A DNA stretch of 64,000 nt from an uncultured Verrucomicrobiae bacterium (GCA_963765205.1 CAVXVB010000008.1:32001-96000), one strand, 5' to 3'; positions 1 to 10,420 are shown, numbered from the stretch's first letter. The notes: a model not told the origin generated them from the sequence alone. Numbers and translations: made by a program.

Positions 1-46
1 CGTGGACTTCGGCGTCGGTCAGAGGATGGCGGGGGAGTTTGTTCAT
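1..46 (-). CDS. 5' end of a hypothetical CDS running off the window edge
   Basis: ATG at 46 (MNKLPRHPLTDAEVH...), downstream of gpsA on the same strand; too short to identify. Confidence 0.35.
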   Translation of the reverse strand, partial: MNKLPRHPLTDAEVH

Positions 47-54
47 GGGGGGAA

Positions 55-176
55 ATCAACATCCAATATCGAACTTTCAACTTCCAACATCCAATGTTGA
101 AAATTGCAGCGGTGAGGCTGGAATTTGAAATTTTAGATTTGAGATTTCAGAGTTGGATGTTCGATGTTGAATATTC
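55..176. repeat. Degenerate 7-nt-period inverted repeat tract
   Basis: CAACATC/CAATATC/CAACTTC-like units on the left arm, TTGAAAT/TTGAGAT/TTGGATG/TCGATGT-like units on the right arm. Confidence 0.6.
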
Positions 177-180
177 GCGG

Positions 181-1182
181 TCAGTCCTCGACTTTTAATT
201 CCCGCCCCATGAGGCGCTGGATGGTCTGGCGCGGGTCGCGGCCGGCATACAGGAGGGCGTGAACTTCAGCAAGGATGGGGGCGTCAATTTTTTCACGCTG
301 GCAAAGGGCGGCAAAGGCGGCGGTGGCGCCGTAACCCTCGACCACAGTGGGGCGCTCGCGCAGCAAAGCGGCGGGCGACTGGCCGCGCGCAATATCCTCG
401 CCAAACGTGCGGTTGCGGCTCCAGCGCCCATTGCAGGTGGCGACAAAGTCGCCGAAGCCGCCCAAGCCGTAGAAGGTCGCCGTTTGGCCGCCGAGGCGCA
501 CCCCGAGGACAGTCATTTCATGAAGCGCGCGGGTGAGGTAGGCGGCCTTGGCGTTGTCGCCCAAGCCCAGGCCGTCGCACAAGCCTGCGCCGATGGCGTA
601 AATATTTTTAAGCGCGGCGGCGGCTTCGACGCCGATGACATCGCGTGTACGATAAACCCGCAGCGTGGGGCTGCTGAGGGCGGTTTGCACCCGGCAGGCG
701 CGTTCCTCGGCAACCTGGGTGGCGAGCACTACGGCCGTGGGTTGTCCGGCGGCGACCTCGGCAGCGTGGGAGGGGCCCGAGAGCACCGCCGTCTCCGCGT
801 CGGGAATTACCTCGGCCACAATCGCACAAGGGAGTTGGAAAGTGCCCATTTCCATGCCCTTGCAGAGCGTGATGAACATGGGCTTGGCCCAAGCGGTGTC
901 CAGTTGCGCCCGGACGGATTGGGCCAGGGCACGCAGGCCACGCATCGGGCAGGCGAGCAGCACCACTTCAGCCTCCATGAGTGCGGGGCGGATTTCGAGG
1001 CCGATTTGCAAGCTGGGCGGCAGCTTGAAGCCGGGCAGGTAGGCCCGGTTCTCGCGCGCGGCGGCAAGCTCGAGGGCGGCTTCGAGACGACGGGGCACGA
1101 GGGTGACAACGTGGCCGGCGCGGTCGCAATGCAACGCAAGCGCCGTGCCCCAAGCCCCGGCTCCAAGTATGGTGACGTTCAT
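181..1182 (-). CDS. gpsA: NAD(P)H-dependent glycerol-3-phosphate dehydrogenase
   Basis: Start MNVTILGAGAWGTALA (Rossmann motif); KG, SGPSHA, LKNIYAI, GLGGFGD, SRNR and VEG motifs. Confidence 0.95.
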   Translation of the reverse strand: MNVTILGAGAWGTALALHCDRAGHVVTLVPRRLEAALELAAARENRAYLPGFKLPPSLQIGLEIRPALMEAEVVLLACPMRGLRALAQSVRAQLDTAWAKPMFITLCKGMEMGTFQLPCAIVAEVIPDAETAVLSGPSHAAEVAAGQPTAVVLATQVAEERACRVQTALSSPTLRVYRTRDVIGVEAAAALKNIYAIGAGLCDGLGLGDNAKAAYLTRALHEMTVLGVRLGGQTATFYGLGGFGDFVATCNGRWSRNRTFGEDIARGQSPAALLRERPTVVEGYGATAAFAALCQREKIDAPILAEVHALLYAGRDPRQTIQRLMGRELKVED

Positions 1183-1328
1183 CCAGTGCCAGTAAAGGCG
1201 ACCGGCCGCGCCCCGCCAAGCTGTAAACATCGACGCGGGCTGGGACAAAATCCGCAACATTACACGCTTGTTATGCGTTTCAAAAAGCGATGAAATCAAG
1301 GGGCTGGCGCGTTTCCCGCCCACTTCCG

Positions 1329-3098
1329 ATGAAACCTGCGTTGATTCAACTCGCCTTGTCGCTCTTGGCCGGGCTGGCTGCGCCAAATATTTACGGCGCG
1401 GCAGCGCGCCCGCCCGCCCCGCCACTGCCGGATTTGAGCAACTACATTCTTACTCCGCGGGAGCCGCACACCCCACGCATCAATGGCCCGAATATTTACG
1501 GCGAGCGTCCGGGCCGCCCCTTTCTCTACACCATTCCCGCCACCGGCGACCGACCTATGACGTTTGCGGCGGACGGCATGCCCACCGGCTTGACGCTTGA
1601 CCCGAACACCGGCCAAATTTCCGGCGTGGCCGCCACGGCGGGAACTTACGCCGTGACCTTGACGGCTGAAAATGCCCTAGGCAAAGCCACGCGTAATTTC
1701 AAGATCGTCATTGGCGAGCAAATCGCGCTGACTCCGCCGATGGGTTGGAACAGTTGGAACTCCTGGGCTGGCAATGTGGATCAGGACAAGGTGCTGCAAT
1801 CGGCCAAAATTCTCGTTTCGTCCGGCCTCGCCAACCATGGCTGGACCTACGTCAACATTGACGACACCTGGCAAGGCATGCGCACCGGGCCGGACCACGC
1901 GCTGCTGGCCAATGACAAATTCCCCGATATGAAGGGCTTGTGCGCCCAAATCCACCAAATGGGCCTGAAGGCGGGGATTTACTCGACACCGTGGATCACC
2001 TCTTACGCCAGCTTTGGCGGCGGCTCGAGTGACGACCCGGACGGCGTGTGGGACCGGGCCGTCCAGGCCAACGGAAATTTTCACCACATCGGCATGTATC
2101 ATTTCGTCACCCCCGATGCCAAGCAATGGGCGGACTGGGGTTTCGACTACCTCAAATACGACTGGAATCCAAACGACACCGCCAGTACCGGCGAGATGGG
2201 TGGCGCCTTGCGGCAGTGCGGACGCGACATCGTCTTCAGCTTGTCCAACGCGGCGCCGATTAACCACGCGGCCGACTGGGCCAGCCTGGCCAACTGCTGG
2301 CGCACCACCGGCGACATCGGAGACTTGTGGGGCCGCGCGGCGGACTACCACCACGGCGTTGCGGAAATTGGCTTCGGGCAGGATCAGTGGGCGCCCTATG
2401 CCGGCCCGGGCCATTGGAACGACACGGATATGTTGGTGGTGGGTTATGTGAGCGTCGGTTCGCCCATTCACGCCACACGGTTGACGCCGGATGAGCAATA
2501 CACGCATGTCAGCCTATGGTGTCTGCTCTCCGCGCCGCTGCTCATTGGCTGCGAGATGGACAAGCTCGACGCCTTTACTTTGAGCCTGCTGACCAATGAC
2601 GAAGTCCTGGCGGTGGACCAGGACGCCTTGGGGAAAGCCGCCGTGCGGGTTTCCGGCCCGCCGTTTCAACCGCCGCCGCCCGTGGGTGGCCGGGGCGGGC
2701 CGCCGCCACCCACCAGCGAGTTGTCCTTTCCGGAGCAAATCGCCATCAGCGACGCCTTGCGCAAGGCCCTCTCCGACGCCGACCCGGAGGCGAAAAACAT
2801 TCTCGATCGGTATCCGAACTACACCCTGCTCTCGAACGTGAACATGCGTAATAATCCCGGTGGCAATGGCCTGGTGTATGCCAAACCGCTCGAAGACGGT
2901 TCCCTCGCCGTCGGGCTGTTCAACGTTGGCCCGCGCCCGGGCAAAGTCACCGCCGCCTGGGCGGATCTGGGCCTGGCGGGACGACGCCTGGTGCGCGACC
3001 TCTGGCGGCAGCAGGATCTCGGCACGTTTGACACCGAGTTTTCCGCGATGGTGCCGGCGCACGGGGTGCTGCTGGTGAAAATCAAGCCCGCGCCCTGA
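1329..3098 (+). CDS. Secreted GH27 alpha-galactosidase-like glycosidase with N-terminal Ig (He_PIG) domain
   Basis: Signal peptide; GLTLDPNTGQISG Ig motif; TPPMGWNSW, NIDDTW, YLKYDW (nucleophile), WRTTGDI, WNDTDML. Confidence 0.92.
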   Translation: MKPALIQLALSLLAGLAAPNIYGAAARPPAPPLPDLSNYILTPREPHTPRINGPNIYGERPGRPFLYTIPATGDRPMTFAADGMPTGLTLDPNTGQISGVAATAGTYAVTLTAENALGKATRNFKIVIGEQIALTPPMGWNSWNSWAGNVDQDKVLQSAKILVSSGLANHGWTYVNIDDTWQGMRTGPDHALLANDKFPDMKGLCAQIHQMGLKAGIYSTPWITSYASFGGGSSDDPDGVWDRAVQANGNFHHIGMYHFVTPDAKQWADWGFDYLKYDWNPNDTASTGEMGGALRQCGRDIVFSLSNAAPINHAADWASLANCWRTTGDIGDLWGRAADYHHGVAEIGFGQDQWAPYAGPGHWNDTDMLVVGYVSVGSPIHATRLTPDEQYTHVSLWCLLSAPLLIGCEMDKLDAFTLSLLTNDEVLAVDQDALGKAAVRVSGPPFQPPPPVGGRGGPPPPTSELSFPEQIAISDALRKALSDADPEAKNILDRYPNYTLLSNVNMRNNPGGNGLVYAKPLEDGSLAVGLFNVGPRPGKVTAAWADLGLAGRRLVRDLWRQQDLGTFDTEFSAMVPAHGVLLVKIKPAP

Positions 3099-3195
3099 AG
3101 GGAAGTGAGTAGCGCCCTCCCGTGGTGATTTCAGCTTGATGTAAACAGGATTTTACGCCGTCATCCGGGTTCACGCGCACGCGCATTTTTCCTTT

Positions 3196-4131
3196 ATGCA
3201 ATATCGAACGCTGGGCCGGACGGGCCTCAAGGTTTCGGCGCTGGCCTTCGGCGGCTCGTCGCTCGGATCGGCCTTCCGCCCGATTGACGAGGGCGAGGGC
3301 ATCCGTGCGGTGCACACGGCCCTCGACCACGGCATCAACCTGATTGACACCGCGCCTTATTACGGCGCGACGACGGCCGAGACCGTGCTGGGCAAGGCGC
3401 TGCGCGGCGTCCCGCGCGATAAGTATTTCCTCGCCACCAAGGTCGCGCGCTACGGGCCGGAGGCCACGGACTTTGACTTCTCGGCCCAGCGCGTGACCGC
3501 CAGCGTGGATGAAAGTCTGGCGCGGCTCGGCGTGGCTTACGTGGACTTCATCCAGGTGCATGACATGGAGTTTGGCGACTTGGAGCAGATCGTGAATGAG
3601 ACGATTCCCGCGCTGCACCGAGTGAAGGCGGCGGGCAAAGCGCGCTTTGTCGGGATTTCCTGCCTGCCGGTGCGGCTGTTCCGCGCCGTGCTCGACCGCG
3701 TGCCGGTGGACCAGATCCAGTCGTATTGCCATTATTGCCTGAACGACACGGCGCTGGAAGATTTGCTGCCGTATTTGCGGGAAAAGGGCGTGGGGATTTT
3801 CAATTCCGCGCCGCTGGCGATGCGGCTGTTGAGCAACGAAGGGCCGCCCGCGTGGCATCCCGCGCCGGCCGCGCTGCGCGCGAAATGCGCCGAGGCCGCG
3901 GCGCTCTGCCGCGCGCGCGGGTCGGACTTGGGCAAACTGGCCCTGCAATTTTCGCTGGCGAATACTGCCATCCATACCAATATCGTGGGCACCGCCGACC
4001 CACATCGCGTCTTGCAAAACTTGCGCGACCTCGCCGAGCCGCTGGATCAAACCCTGCTGGCCGACGTGCAAAAAATCCTCGCGCCGGTGCATAACCTGAC
4101 CTGGCCCTCGGGCCGCCCGGAGAATAATTGA
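3196..4131 (+). CDS. Aldo/keto reductase, L-galactose/L-fucose dehydrogenase-like
   Basis: [35 protein letters not shown]-terminal WPSGRPEN as in L-galactose dehydrogenases. Confidence 0.85.
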   Translation: MQYRTLGRTGLKVSALAFGGSSLGSAFRPIDEGEGIRAVHTALDHGINLIDTAPYYGATTAETVLGKALRGVPRDKYFLATKVARYGPEATDFDFSAQRVTASVDESLARLGVAYVDFIQVHDMEFGDLEQIVNETIPALHRVKAAGKARFVGISCLPVRLFRAVLDRVPVDQIQSYCHYCLNDTALEDLLPYLREKGVGIFNSAPLAMRLLSNEGPPAWHPAPAALRAKCAEAAALCRARGSDLGKLALQFSLANTAIHTNIVGTADPHRVLQNLRDLAEPLDQTLLADVQKILAPVHNLTWPSGRPENN

Positions 4132-4136
4132 CCGCC

Positions 4137-5156
4137 ATGAAAACACTGGTCCTTGACGCGCCGGGAAAATTTTCCTACGGCGAAATACCAAAGCCCGCGC
4201 TCGCACCCGGCGATGTGCTGCTGCGCGTGCGGCGGCTGGGCTTTTGCGGCACGGACTTGAGCACGTTTCGCGGCGCGAATCCGTTGGTCACCTACCCACG
4301 CGTGCCGGGGCATGAAATCGCCGCCATTATCGAGGCGGTGACGCCCGGCGTGCCGGCGAATCTGCCCGTCGGCCTGGAGGTGACAGTCATGCCCTATACG
4401 GCGTGCGGAAAATGCACGGCGTGCCGGAGCGGGCGCGTAAATGCCTGCCGTTACAACCAAACACTCGGGGTGCAGCAGGAAGGCGCGTTCACAGATTACC
4501 TTGCGGTGCCGTGGTCAAAAATCGTGGCCGCGCAACTGGGTTTGCGCGAGCTGGCCCTGGTTGAGCCGCTGGCGGTCGGCTTTCACGCCGTGGCCCGCGG
4601 GCGCGTGGCGAAAAATGACACCGTGCTCGTGTTCGGCTGCGGCATGATTGGCCTTGGGGTTATCGCCGCCGCCGGGCTGCACCGCGGCGCCAACGTCATC
4701 GCGGTGGACATTGAGGATGGGAAGCTGGCGCTGGCGAAAAAAGCCGGCGCGGCGCACGTCATCAACTCGCGGAGTGAGAATCTCGCCGAACGGGTGGCGG
4801 CGCTGACCAACGGCGACGGCGCGAACGTTTGCATCGAGGCAGTGGGCGCGCCGGCCACCTTCCTGGCCGCAGTCGAGCACGTCTGCTACACGGGGCGCAT
4901 CGTGTATATTGGCTATGCGAAGGCGCCGGTGTCTTATGAAACGAAATATTTTGTGATGAAGGAGATCGATATCCTCGGCTCGCGCAACTCGACCATCGAA
5001 GATTTCCGCGCCGTAATCGGATTACTCGAAAGTGGGCGCTACCCGGTCGCCGAGACAATCACGCGCACGGTGCCGTTCGGCGAAGCCGGCGCGGCCCTGG
5101 CGGCCTGGTCGGACAACCCCGGCGAGATCACCAAAATCCACGTGACCGTGGACTGA
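4137..5156 (+). CDS. Zn-dependent dehydrogenase, L-galactonate 5-dehydrogenase (LgoD/YjjN)-like
   Basis: CGTD, GHE, CGKCTAC...NAC, GCGMIG, GSRNS. Confidence 0.8.
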   Translation: MKTLVLDAPGKFSYGEIPKPALAPGDVLLRVRRLGFCGTDLSTFRGANPLVTYPRVPGHEIAAIIEAVTPGVPANLPVGLEVTVMPYTACGKCTACRSGRVNACRYNQTLGVQQEGAFTDYLAVPWSKIVAAQLGLRELALVEPLAVGFHAVARGRVAKNDTVLVFGCGMIGLGVIAAAGLHRGANVIAVDIEDGKLALAKKAGAAHVINSRSENLAERVAALTNGDGANVCIEAVGAPATFLAAVEHVCYTGRIVYIGYAKAPVSYETKYFVMKEIDILGSRNSTIEDFRAVIGLLESGRYPVAETITRTVPFGEAGAALAAWSDNPGEITKIHVTVD

Positions 5157-5159
5157 GCC

Positions 5160-5990
5160 ATGCTTGTCATTGACGCCCATCACCACTTTTGGCGCTTTAA
5201 CGTCCAGGACTTCGGCTGGATTGACGACGCCATGCACGTCATCCGCCGCGATTTCCTGCCGCCGGATTTGCAAGAAACCATCTGCGTGGCGGGCGTGGAC
5301 GGCGTGGTGTCGGTGCAGGCGCGGCAAAGTCTGGCGGAGACGCGCTGGTTGCTGGAATTGGCAGGGGAAAATCCCTTCTTGCGCGGCGTGGTGGGCTGGG
5401 TGCCGTTGATTGCGCCGGAGGTCGGGGATATTCTCGGCGAGCTGGCGACGAACCCCAAGCTGCGCGCAGTGCGCCATGTGCTGCAACGGGAGGCGGACGA
5501 ATGTTACATGCTGCGCGAGGACTTTGCCCGCGGTATTGCAGCGTTGCGCGCGCACCGACTGGCCTACGACATCCTGATTTTCGAGCGTCACCTGCCGCAG
5601 ACGATTCAGTTCGTGGACCGCCACCCGCAGCAAATTTTCGTGCTGGATCACCTGGCCAAGCCGCGCATCAAGGATGGGTTGCTGGAGCCCTGGCGGAAAA
5701 ACATCATCGAGTTGGCGCGGCGGCCCCATGTCTATTGCAAACTTTCCGGGATGGTGACGGAGGCCGATTACCTGCACTGGACCGAGGCGCAATTGCGGCC
5801 GTATTTTGAGACGGTACTCGAAGCCTTCGGGCCGCGGCGGCTGCTGTTCGGCAGCGACTGGCCGGTGTGCTTGGTGGCCTGCGACTATGCGCGCTGGGTG
5901 AAACTCGTGCGCGGCTGGATCGGCAAACTTTCCACCGCGGAGCAAGCGCGCATCCTGGGCGAAACGGCGGCGGAAGCCTACGGCCTTTGA
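5160..5990 (+). CDS. Amidohydrolase_2 family sugar lactonase (L-fucono/L-galactono-1,5-lactonase-like)
   Basis: IDAHHHFW, VLDHLAKP, CKLSG, FGSDWPV. Confidence 0.85.
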   Translation: MLVIDAHHHFWRFNVQDFGWIDDAMHVIRRDFLPPDLQETICVAGVDGVVSVQARQSLAETRWLLELAGENPFLRGVVGWVPLIAPEVGDILGELATNPKLRAVRHVLQREADECYMLREDFARGIAALRAHRLAYDILIFERHLPQTIQFVDRHPQQIFVLDHLAKPRIKDGLLEPWRKNIIELARRPHVYCKLSGMVTEADYLHWTEAQLRPYFETVLEAFGPRRLLFGSDWPVCLVACDYARWVKLVRGWIGKLSTAEQARILGETAAEAYGL

Positions 5991-6083
5991 CCGTCCATGT
6001 AAACTTGCGCGCGACACCTCCATCAACCAGGCTTTTGTTGCAATGAAACTCCCCGCCACAAGCTGCGGGGCATTGACCTCCCT

Positions 6084-7715
6084 ATGAAACCCCACCCCCG
6101 TTGCAACCGCGCCGCTCCGGCGGTGCTCTTCGTGTTGGCCGCGCTGGCCGCGCTGCCCCATCAAGCCGCCGCGCAATCCGGCCCCAAGACGACTCCCGCC
6201 GTCGTGGCCGCGGCGGCCGCCGATTGCCCGCCCATTCCCGCCGGGCCGTATGAAGCGACGTGGGACTCCGTGAAGCAGCATCAAATCCCGCAATGGTATC
6301 AAGATGCGAAGTTCGGCATCTCGATGCACTGGGGCCTTTACTCCGTGCCCGCGCACGGCAGCGAGTGGTATGACAAAAACATGGTGGGCGACGCCGCCAC
6401 CTACCAATGGCACGTCGCCAATTTCGGCCCGCTGGATAAATTTGGCTACAAGGATTTCATCCCCCTGTTCACGGCGTGGCAATGGGACCCCGACGCTTGG
6501 GCGGCGTTGTTTAAGAAGGCGGGCGCGAAATACGTCATGCCCTCGGCCGAGCACCACGATGGGTTCGCGCTCTGGGACAGCGCGGTGAACAAATTCAACG
6601 CCAAGAACATGGGGCCGAAGCGCGACCTCATCGGCGACCTCTCCGTCGCGGTGCATAAGGTGGGCCTGAAATTCGGCGTCACCAACCACAGCATGGAGCA
6701 TTTCACCTTCGTCAACCCGACCGCCGTGCCGCCGGACGTGCTCGCCGAGCTGAAAGCCGACCAGAAGGATTTATACGACCCCGCCTGGGCCGATTTCTAC
6801 AGCGTGGCCGACCGCAGTGACGCGGCCTGCCGGCGGTTTCTCATCAACTGGGTCAAGCAGAACGACGAGCTGATTGACAAATACCAACTCGACTTGCTGT
6901 GGTGGGACAACGGCGTGAACCCGCCGCTCTTCGACCCGCTGAAGTTGAAGGTCTTCGCCTATTTTTACAACAGCGCGACGAAGCTGGGCAAGGATGTCTC
7001 GATGATCACCAAGGGCAATGCGTCGCAGGGCGGCCACATTGAGGACTACGAGCGCCAGATGCGCCAGCCCAAGGACATTCAACCCGCGGAGTGGGAGGTG
7101 CATGATTCGCCCGGCTCTCGCTGGGGTTACCTGACCGCCGACACCGGCCACCTGCCCGGCCCCATCTGGGGCCTCGAACGATTGGTCGAAGCTGTGTGCC
7201 GCAACGGCAATTTTCTGCTGAACATTGGCCCCAAGCCCGACGGCACCATCCCGGACGAGGAAGTGAGCCTCTTGCTCGGCATGGGCCGCTGGCTCGATGT
7301 CAATGGCGAGGCGATTTATGGCACGCGCGCGTGGACGAAGGCTGGCGAAGGCGACATGGTCCTCTCGCGCTACACCTCGAAGGAAATCCGCTTCACCACC
7401 AAGGGCGACACGCTCTACGCCATCGTGATGGCGTGGCCGGAGAACGGGCAGGCCGTCATCACCTCGCTGGCCAAAGGCGCGGCGCCCGCTGGGAAAATCG
7501 AGAAGGTCGAACTCCTCGGCGCCAAAGACCCCTTGACCTTCACGCAGGACGACCAGGGCCTGACCGTCAAATTCCCCGCCGACAAACCCTGCGATTTTTT
7601 CTACACGCTGAAAATCACCGGCCTGAAACTCACCTCGGACGCCACACCGGCGGAAACGAAAACTGCCGACGCGACAACCAGCGGCCAGCCATCGCTCGTC
7701 GCGACCGCGCGCTAA
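6084..7715 (+). CDS. Secreted GH29 alpha-L-fucosidase
   Basis: Signal peptide; DAKFGISMHWG, AEHHDGF, LWWDN nucleophile, LLNIGP, GEAIYGTR. Confidence 0.93.
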   Translation: MKPHPRCNRAAPAVLFVLAALAALPHQAAAQSGPKTTPAVVAAAAADCPPIPAGPYEATWDSVKQHQIPQWYQDAKFGISMHWGLYSVPAHGSEWYDKNMVGDAATYQWHVANFGPLDKFGYKDFIPLFTAWQWDPDAWAALFKKAGAKYVMPSAEHHDGFALWDSAVNKFNAKNMGPKRDLIGDLSVAVHKVGLKFGVTNHSMEHFTFVNPTAVPPDVLAELKADQKDLYDPAWADFYSVADRSDAACRRFLINWVKQNDELIDKYQLDLLWWDNGVNPPLFDPLKLKVFAYFYNSATKLGKDVSMITKGNASQGGHIEDYERQMRQPKDIQPAEWEVHDSPGSRWGYLTADTGHLPGPIWGLERLVEAVCRNGNFLLNIGPKPDGTIPDEEVSLLLGMGRWLDVNGEAIYGTRAWTKAGEGDMVLSRYTSKEIRFTTKGDTLYAIVMAWPENGQAVITSLAKGAAPAGKIEKVELLGAKDPLTFTQDDQGLTVKFPADKPCDFFYTLKITGLKLTSDATPAETKTADATTSGQPSLVATAR

Positions 7716-7803
7716 TTATTTTGCCGAGGAAAGCGCAACACGGATAAAACCACTTCACCCAATGAATTTAGACTCTATCGCACTGGAGCGCAGAACCGGC
7801 GCA

Positions 7804-8019
7804 GGCGCGTTTCTTCCGTCCCGGGGAGCGCGACCGTCCCGGTCGCTGCGGTCGGCGTCTCGCCGACCGCTTCTTAGCAAAAGCAGGGGGGCCAGCTCCA
7901 TTCGCCGGCTTTCGAAGATGTCCTCGGCGAGACGCCGAGGACGGCGGGCGGGACGCCCGCGCTCCCCGGGACGAAAACCCTCCATCCTCAAGTCCAACCA
8001 TAATTTGAAATTGGTATAA
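7804..8019. repeat. REPIN/MITE-like element, copy 1
   Basis: 16-bp inverted repeat CGTCCCGGGGAGCGCG at 7817 and 7973, two hairpins per arm, ends in TTGGTATAA; closely similar copy at 37388-37603. Confidence 0.85.
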
Positions 8020-8034
8020 ATTCCCAAGCAAACG

Positions 8035-8673
8035 ATGAAGCCAAAAAATTTCATCTGGGTTGCCCTTGCCGTCGCCATCGTGGGCCTCGGCCTCTGGTGG
8101 TTCATGCGCCCAACGACAGCAATGTCAGAAAAAACGTCCGAAGCGCCGATGCCCGCCAAGGCCAATGCGCCTGCGCTGAGCAAAGTCGAAGCGCCCAAAC
8201 CGATCGCACCGCCGAGCGTCGCTCCGCTCGGGCAGAAACCCGACACTACACCCGTTGCCGCCACCCAGACACCAGACCCCAACGCCGACCCACAAGCCGA
8301 TTTGAAAACCGCAATCTCCGACATTGTGCGTTTGTATCGGACTGGTGATCCGGTGGAGGTCTATAAAATTTACGTCCAGCCGGACGAATTTGTACCCGAT
8401 CTCTATCAAGAAATGGAAGAGCACGAACAGCAGGGTGACCAGATACCGGAATTGCAACAGCCAACGCAAGAGCTTCACGACACGATTGCACGGTCTTGGG
8501 AAGCCCTGGAAGACCAGACCCCGACTTTTAACGCCACGGGGGACGAAGCCATTTATTGGAAACAGGGGATTATCCCCTCGCCTGATGGGGGCTACGCGGT
8601 TGGCGGTAATGCGGATTCCGTTACTTTTATCAAAATCAACGGCAAGTGGTATTTGAAAAACGGTCCTTTTTGA
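8035..8673 (+). CDS. Hypothetical membrane-anchored protein
   Basis: N-terminal TM helix, Pro/Ala linker, acidic domain ending FIKINGKWYL; AT-richer than its flanks. Confidence 0.7.
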   Translation: MKPKNFIWVALAVAIVGLGLWWFMRPTTAMSEKTSEAPMPAKANAPALSKVEAPKPIAPPSVAPLGQKPDTTPVAATQTPDPNADPQADLKTAISDIVRLYRTGDPVEVYKIYVQPDEFVPDLYQEMEEHEQQGDQIPELQQPTQELHDTIARSWEALEDQTPTFNATGDEAIYWKQGIIPSPDGGYAVGGNADSVTFIKINGKWYLKNGPF

Positions 8674-8742
8674 TAATCGAGTTGGGTTTATCAAATGTTC
8701 AATCCCGTAATAATTCTCACATAAATATTTACCTCCACCCCC

Positions 8743-10410
8743 ATGCAACCCATCGCCCGCCTCCTTGCCATCGCCCCCTTCCTCACCTTCGCCTTATTTT
8801 TGGCCAGCCCGGCCCTGACCGCGCAGGACAGCCCTCGCCCGCTCAAGCCCGACCGCGGCGATATGCCTACGTCCACGCTCTACGACTACGGCGTCATGGG
8901 GCCGAACGCCACGCCGGAGATTGTGGCGGCCGCGGACAAAGCGGTCACCACGCCGATGGCGCCCGGGCCGGTCGCGCCGACGTGGGATTCGATTCAGAAA
9001 AATTACCAGACGCCCTCCTGGTTCGAGGACGCCAAGTTCGGCATTTTCATGCACTGGGGCATTTATTCCGTCGCCGCCCATGGCGGCGGGAACAACAACA
9101 GCGCCGCGGAGTGGTATGAAAAGCACATGTATTCCGGCGGCGCGGAATTGCAGTGGCACATTGATCACTTCGGCGACCCCGCGGCGGGCGGCGGCTACAA
9201 AAATCTTATCTCGTTGTTCACCGCCAAGAATTGGGACCCGGACGCCTGGGCGGCGCTCTTCAAAAAGGCCGGGGCCAAATTCGTGGTGCCCACCGCCGAA
9301 CACCACGATAATTTCGCCAACTGGGACAGCCAGGTGACGCCGTTCAACGCCAAGCGCATGGGGCCGATGCGCGACTTGATTGGCGACCTCGCCGCGGCCG
9401 TGCGCAAGCAGGGCCTGAAATTCGGCGTCTCCAACCACGGCATGGAAAACTTTACCTTTATCGTGCCCGACCCGACGCTCAACGCGCGCCTCAAGGCCGC
9501 GCAAGCCGACCTCTACGACCCGGCGTGGGTGGATTTTTACCACGTCGCCGACCGCAGCGACGCCAGCATGACGCGCTTCCTCACCGACTGGGTCAATCGC
9601 AACCTCGAATTGATTGACAAATACCAGCCGGATCTTCTCTGGTTTGACAACGGCGTCAACCTGCGCGTGCTGGACCCGCTGAAGGAGCACGTCGCCGCCT
9701 ACTTTTACAATCGCGCGCAGCAATGGGGCAAGGAAGTCTCCATCAGCACCAAATACCTCGCCTACGCGCCGAGCAATGACGACACGAAGCAAATCGGCTC
9801 AATCATTGACTTTGAAAAAGTCGGCACGCGCTCGCCGGCGGGCATCCGCCCCGGCCCGTGGATGGTGGACGACCCGATTGGCAGCACCTGGGGCTACAGC
9901 ACGGCCATGACGGTGTCCAACGCGAACGCCGTCCTCGGCAAGTTGATTGACACGGTGAGCAAGGGCGGCGATTTCCTGCTCAATATTTCGCCGATGGCCG
10001 ACGGCACCATCCCCGAGGCGCAGCAGACCACACTGTTGGGCATCGGCGCGTGGCTGGACGTGAACGGCGACGCGATTTACGGCACCCGCGCGTGGACGAA
10101 GTTCAGCGAAGGCGGCGCGGGCCGCGGCGCTCTGAGCTACCACTTTACCACCAAGGGCGACACGCTCTACGCCATCGCCTCGGCCTGGCCGGGTGAACAA
10201 GCAGTCATCACCTCGCTGGCCAAGGGCGCGGTCGCCACCAACGGGCCAATCAAAGTCGAACTGCTCGGCCACGACGGCGCACTTGACAGCACGCAGGACG
10301 AAACGGGCTTGAAAATCACCCTGCCCGCCGACCGCCCAACCGGCGGCGCGAATTACTTCGCGCTGAAAATCACGGGCCTCAACCTGCACGCTCCCGCGGG
10401 CACAAACTAG
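8743..10410 (+). CDS. Secreted GH29 alpha-L-fucosidase (paralog 2)
   Basis: Signal peptide; DAKFGIFMHWG, AEHHD, LWFDN, GDAIYGTR; long stretches shared with 6084-7715. Confidence 0.93.
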   Translation: MQPIARLLAIAPFLTFALFLASPALTAQDSPRPLKPDRGDMPTSTLYDYGVMGPNATPEIVAAADKAVTTPMAPGPVAPTWDSIQKNYQTPSWFEDAKFGIFMHWGIYSVAAHGGGNNNSAAEWYEKHMYSGGAELQWHIDHFGDPAAGGGYKNLISLFTAKNWDPDAWAALFKKAGAKFVVPTAEHHDNFANWDSQVTPFNAKRMGPMRDLIGDLAAAVRKQGLKFGVSNHGMENFTFIVPDPTLNARLKAAQADLYDPAWVDFYHVADRSDASMTRFLTDWVNRNLELIDKYQPDLLWFDNGVNLRVLDPLKEHVAAYFYNRAQQWGKEVSISTKYLAYAPSNDDTKQIGSIIDFEKVGTRSPAGIRPGPWMVDDPIGSTWGYSTAMTVSNANAVLGKLIDTVSKGGDFLLNISPMADGTIPEAQQTTLLGIGAWLDVNGDAIYGTRAWTKFSEGGAGRGALSYHFTTKGDTLYAIASAWPGEQAVITSLAKGAVATNGPIKVELLGHDGALDSTQDETGLKITLPADRPTGGANYFALKITGLNLHAPAGTN

Positions 10411-10420
10411 CCCAAGACGA

